Part shown: positions 51,166 to 55,946 of the stretch, one piece after another
How positions within the stretch are numbered: the first letter of the stretch is position 1
Layout of the letters: every line of letters starts with the position of its first letter
Assembly: GCF_001194135.2 (NCBI RefSeq)
Contig: NC_068994.1
Coordinates: 2,223,394-2,279,339, forward strand
Reading direction: 5' to 3'
Source: Octopus bimaculoides
Lineage: Eukaryota
Length of the DNA stretch: 55,946 nt
The notes under the pieces: model-generated
Database searches by the model: none
Told to the model about the DNA's origin: nothing
The model's input: only the letters and a program-made list of their open reading frames with translations
Translations under genes and position numbers: made by a program

Positions 51166-53007
51166 ATGTTCCTGTCATTGTCTATTGCATTATCAGTGGT
51201 CCACTGTGTCTTGACCATAGACCTTACCTACCATGTGGAAGAAGAGAGAAGTCCAGGAACATATGTAGCAGACATTGCTGCTGATTCTAAACTTTTAGAC
51301 AATGTTAAACCATCTGATCAACATTTGATAACATTCAGTCAATTCAAACGAAAGGTGGCACAGTTATTTAATATCACCAAAACAGGTAAACTGTACACTG
51401 CTCAGACATTGGATGCAGAAGATCTTTGTACATTCAACAAAGAATGTTCCAGAACTATGAAAGTTGTTGTCANNNNNNNNNNNNNNNNNNNNNNNNNNNN
51501 NNNNNNNNNNNNNNNNNNNNNNNNNNNNNNNNNNNNNNNNNNNNNNNNNNNNNNNNNNNNNNNNNNNNNNNNNNNNNNNNNNNNNNNNNNNNNNNNNNNN
51601 NNNNNNNNNNNNNNNNNNNNNNNNNNNNNNNNNNNNNNNNNNNNNNNNNNNNNNNNNNNNNNNNNNNNNNNNNNNNNNNNNNNNNNNNNNNNNNNNNNNN
51701 NNNNNNNNTGGATTTCAAAACTCGTTAATACAATATAAATTAAAATCAAAGAATGGAGAACCATTCTCTCTGTCAGTGTCTAAAAGAGCTGATGGTATTT
51801 CTTCTCTTAAAATAGTTTTAAAAGAATCATTGGACAGAGAAATCAAAGACACATATTTATTACAAGTCATAGCTAAGGATGGAGGTTCACCAGCAAAACA
51901 AGGTGTTTTAAATATAAATATTTCCATAATAGATGTTAATGACAACCCACCTGTATTTTCTAAACCTCTCTATAATATATCCATACAAAGTACACATCAC
52001 AAATCTAAACCCATCATTGTTTTATCTGTGACTGATGCTGATTCTGGTGAAAATGGTAAAATTACTTTTCATTTAAGTCCAAAGACATCAGATCTAGCAA
52101 AAAGCTATTTTCTGTTAAATGAAACCAGCGGAAACATTTTCTTAAGGGAATATTCAAATTTAGGGAAAAAGAAAACCTATGAACTATTTATAGAAGCCAG
52201 AGATGGAGGCAGTCCACCCTTTAGTTCTATAGCAACAGTTCTAGTAAATGTTATCAACCAACACAATAATCCTCCATTTATTGATATTCAATATGTCTCA
52301 GCAATCAGTGACAACACAGCTACCATTTTTGAAGACAACAAAATCGGTAGTTTCATTGCTTATGTGATGGTCACTGACAACGATGTGGGACAAAATGGAC
52401 AGGTGAACTGTCATATCAAAGATGACACATTCAAACTACAGTCAATGGGATCTAAAGAATATAAAATCCTTCTAAACAAACCAGTGGACAGAGAAACACA
52501 AGGACACTATAACATTCCTGTCTCCTGTCAAGATAAAGGATTACCTCCTCTGAAAAGTGTTAAAACCCTCTCTATCCAAGTGATGGACATCAATGATGTA
52601 CAACCACAGTTTACCAAAGATACATTCCAATTCTTCACCTATGAAAACAAAGATAAAGACTTCCCTATTGGTTTTGTCAATGCCACTGACCCTGATCTTG
52701 GATCTGCTGGACAACTCACATATTCTCTGCTGCGTAAAGAAAAATCCAATCTACCATTTCTCATCACCAGTTATGGCTTCATTTCAGCCACCATGTCATT
52801 GGACAGAGAGAAACAAGATGTGTATAAGTTTGAGGTTTTTGTCAAAGATAACGGAAGCCCATCTCTGAATGACACAGCGAATGTTGTTGTTGAGATTCTC
52901 GATCAAAATGACAATGCTCCCTATTTTACATATCCTAGTAGTGACCCTTACACCCTAAATGTGCAGTACCATCCGCAGAGTAAGAGTGACATCACAGTTT
53001 TGAGAGC
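51166..53007 (+). CDS. Protocadherin, large ectodomain exon (signal peptide, EC1-EC6 start; gapped)
   Basis: Signal peptide, EC1 DLTYHVEEE, repeated LDRE, A.DGG, D.NDN.P motifs; gaps 51473-51708 and 53008-53885 explain the frame change; acceptor gttttAG at 51108-51109. TM segment presumably lies in the second gap. Confidence 0.93.
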
Positions 53008-54072
53008 NNNNNNNNNNNNNNNNNNNNNNNNNNNNNNNNNNNNNNNNNNNNNNNNNNNNNNNNNNNNNNNNNNNNNNNNNNNNNNNNNNNNNNNNNNNNN
53101 NNNNNNNNNNNNNNNNNNNNNNNNNNNNNNNNNNNNNNNNNNNNNNNNNNNNNNNNNNNNNNNNNNNNNNNNNNNNNNNNNNNNNNNNNNNNNNNNNNNN
53201 NNNNNNNNNNNNNNNNNNNNNNNNNNNNNNNNNNNNNNNNNNNNNNNNNNNNNNNNNNNNNNNNNNNNNNNNNNNNNNNNNNNNNNNNNNNNNNNNNNNN
53301 NNNNNNNNNNNNNNNNNNNNNNNNNNNNNNNNNNNNNNNNNNNNNNNNNNNNNNNNNNNNNNNNNNNNNNNNNNNNNNNNNNNNNNNNNNNNNNNNNNNN
53401 NNNNNNNNNNNNNNNNNNNNNNNNNNNNNNNNNNNNNNNNNNNNNNNNNNNNNNNNNNNNNNNNNNNNNNNNNNNNNNNNNNNNNNNNNNNNNNNNNNNN
53501 NNNNNNNNNNNNNNNNNNNNNNNNNNNNNNNNNNNNNNNNNNNNNNNNNNNNNNNNNNNNNNNNNNNNNNNNNNNNNNNNNNNNNNNNNNNNNNNNNNNN
53601 NNNNNNNNNNNNNNNNNNNNNNNNNNNNNNNNNNNNNNNNNNNNNNNNNNNNNNNNNNNNNNNNNNNNNNNNNNNNNNNNNNNNNNNNNNNNNNNNNNNN
53701 NNNNNNNNNNNNNNNNNNNNNNNNNNNNNNNNNNNNNNNNNNNNNNNNNNNNNNNNNNNNNNNNNNNNNNNNNNNNNNNNNNNNNNNNNNNNNNNNNNNN
53801 NNNNNNNNNNNNNNNNNNNNNNNNNNNNNNNNNNNNNNNNNNNNNNNNNNNNNNNNNNNNNNNNNNNNNNNNNNNNNNNNNNNNNTAAGTGAAAACATTA
53901 TAATATTTTCTCTTTCTTCACTGTATATGTAAAAAAGGAACAATGAAATCTCTTTGAATATGTTTTAACTTCAATAATACATTCCAATATTAAATTGTTC
54001 TCTGTCCATGTTGATTGTAACTTCCATTGTTTGGTGTCTCCTCACATTTCTTTATCATTGGTTTGTCAACAG

Positions 54073-54226
54073 AAATACTGTCAACCTGTTGTGGTGACAT
54101 CAAGTGATGATGCTGTGGAAGATAATGCTGCTATGGTTTGTAACTATACATCAGATACAATGTCATCTAAGAGAAGTGGTAGACAAGGAGACTTGAAACA
54201 TTATGAAGAAATACCAGGAGTATCAG
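54073..54226 (+). CDS. Probable protocadherin cytoplasmic exon
   Basis: Acceptor caacAG, open frame KYCQP...TSDTMSSKRSGRQGDLKHYEEIPGVS, donor CAG|GTACAT; taagt right after the gap (53886) fits a [G]TAAGT donor for the preceding exon. Confidence 0.55.
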
Positions 54227-54682
54227 GTACATTAGCTATATTTTATCTTGTCGTCATATGAAATTTATTAGTAACTCTGTTAACAGATTTATAATTGACT
54301 CTAAGAATAAATCAATTCGTTTGAATACCAGATTCCTAGGATATTTTTTGTTTTTTCTTGACAAGTATTAGAATTTTTTATTTACATTATCAGTGCATCT
54401 TCTGTTACTTTTTTCATATTATTTCCTTTTCTAAATATTCAAGAACATCTGTTTGTAATACATGTTGTATGTAATACATGTTGTATAATACATGTATTTC
54501 CAGATCAAAGTATTTATAAGAACAACGACACTTCTACAAGAAAGGAATCCATGGAAGAAACACCAGTGAAGCATGTATAATTCTGTTTCTAAGAAGACAT
54601 AATTGCAGTTCTTCATCTAAATATAAGATGTTGATATCCCAAACAATGTTAACATGTGCAGTATTATCTCACATATATATAA

Positions 54683-54943
54683 TTAGTAAGTTTGAAAATG
54701 GAGAAATTCAATGGATATAAATTAATTTATTAATTAATTATTATCTTTGCCTACAACTGTTTCACTTCACATCCAATTTAAATTTCAAAGCATATATAAA
54801 TATATATAAGTTTGCATTGCAAAATACCTTGGGTGTAAAATCTTGAGGGCATTTTCATGTCCTGAAGATTTTCCACCCAAGATATTTATATATGCTTTGT
54901 AATTTAAATTGGATGTGAATCTCTCCATTTTTAAACTTAATAA
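54683..54943. mobile_element. AT-rich foldback element
   Basis: Three nested inverted blocks: aagtttgaaaatggaga/tctccatttttaaactt, ttcacatccaatttaaat..aaagcatatataaatat/complement, cttgggtgtaaaatctt/aagattttccacccaag. Confidence 0.75.
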
Positions 54944-55354
54944 TAAATATTTGTTATTTTACAATATTTTATAATATATTCATTGAAGTAATATCTCTTC
55001 AAAATAGACTATATTAAACCAGTGTATCTTGGATAAAAAATATATCTATCATAGGTCTAAATATCCTCAAAGTGAATACACACACACACATACCTATATA
55101 TATATATATACATATATGTATATGTATATATATCTATCAGGGGTAACTCTTGCACTCAGGGTGTTCAGGCTTATCCTAAGTATAAATTTAGTAAAGTGAG
55201 CCTGTATTTTCAAGCTGATTTAATTTCTGCCAACACTGACTTCAAGTCAGCCAATAACTTGGGCTCCTTTTATGGAGTCTGCTTACAGTTCATTTATTTT
55301 CGTTCATCCGCCTCTGGCAGTCGTCTTAGAGGTGCCTTGTCTCAAAACATATCA

Positions 55355-55563
55355 TTCTTAGTAGACATTCTCTTGACATCGCTCACACATGCCTGACTCG
55401 GACTCAGAAATTACAGCCCGAGTTGTTATCTACAATCGTAAAAATTAAAAGTAATTCAAAAGTAATTTAAATTGCAATCTATGAAAAGTTTCTGTTCTAC
55501 AATATTCTTAAAGGAATGAAAAATTCTCCAGCAACCTGGGCTAATGCGAGCCTGGTAGGTGTA
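55355..55563. repeat. Unclassified ~200-bp interspersed repeat, copy 2
   Basis: Homolog of 48941-49137 with a short aaaagtaatt duplication. Confidence 0.8.
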
Positions 55564-55912
55564 GAAAGCTAAGTGCCATCTCTTGTCAGGAGTACAGTTG
55601 CCAGTCAGATTGCTGATGTTCGTTGTCATCATTTGACTTTTTATTCTGTGTGTCTGTGTATAAAGATCAGTTGTGTTTTGCAGGGTTGCTTCATTTTTCC
55701 CTAACCCTAACCCTAACTTAAAAATGGTAAAAGACAGTGCTAGATATAAAAAAATAAACTATTTGGGGCTAGAAATATTACAGGAAAACATGAAATTCTT
55801 TGAGCAGGCATGTGTCTTATGCAGAATTAGTGATGAGCCCCAGTGACGAAATCTGTGATGAGCCCCAGTGACGCTGATAACCAGGAGTCACCTCTGATAT
55901 ATATGTATATAT

Positions 55913-55946
<34 letters not shown>

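Noticed and set aside
51464-53932. Apparent frameshift within the protocadherin
   Set aside because: The frame change falls inside an estimated-length gap; no stops in the sequenced parts, so not called a pseudogene.
55699-55716. (CCCTAA)3, with similar TTAGGG bits near 14810 and 44807
   Set aside because: Too short to indicate a telomere or fusion site.

Overview
AT-rich, microsatellite- and retroposon-dense animal DNA with several N gaps. The mix of C2H2 zinc-finger genes, a 6-EC protocadherin with a large ectodomain exon, RTE LINE fragments and tRNA-derived SINEs points to a coleoid cephalopod, most likely Octopus (inference). All genes are on the + strand. They are a 3-coding-exon C2H2 gene (13322-16910, 453 aa, 7 fingers, first degenerate), a 15-finger C2H2 gene with an uninterrupted CDS (26307-27839) and a gapped protocadherin (51166 to about 54226), plus a ~96% identical frameshifted protocadherin fragment about 10 kb upstream of its source. 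The main new observation is a gene absent from the ORF track at 34784-39228. It has a signal-peptide exon, three symmetric phase-1 micro-exons (24, 24, 42 nt) and a probable terminal exon, which splice into a 71-aa secreted precursor with a Gly-Lys-Arg amidation/cleavage site. Several long foldback elements lie in or near these genes. Most other ORFs in the track are translations of simple repeats. Repeat boundaries are approximate.
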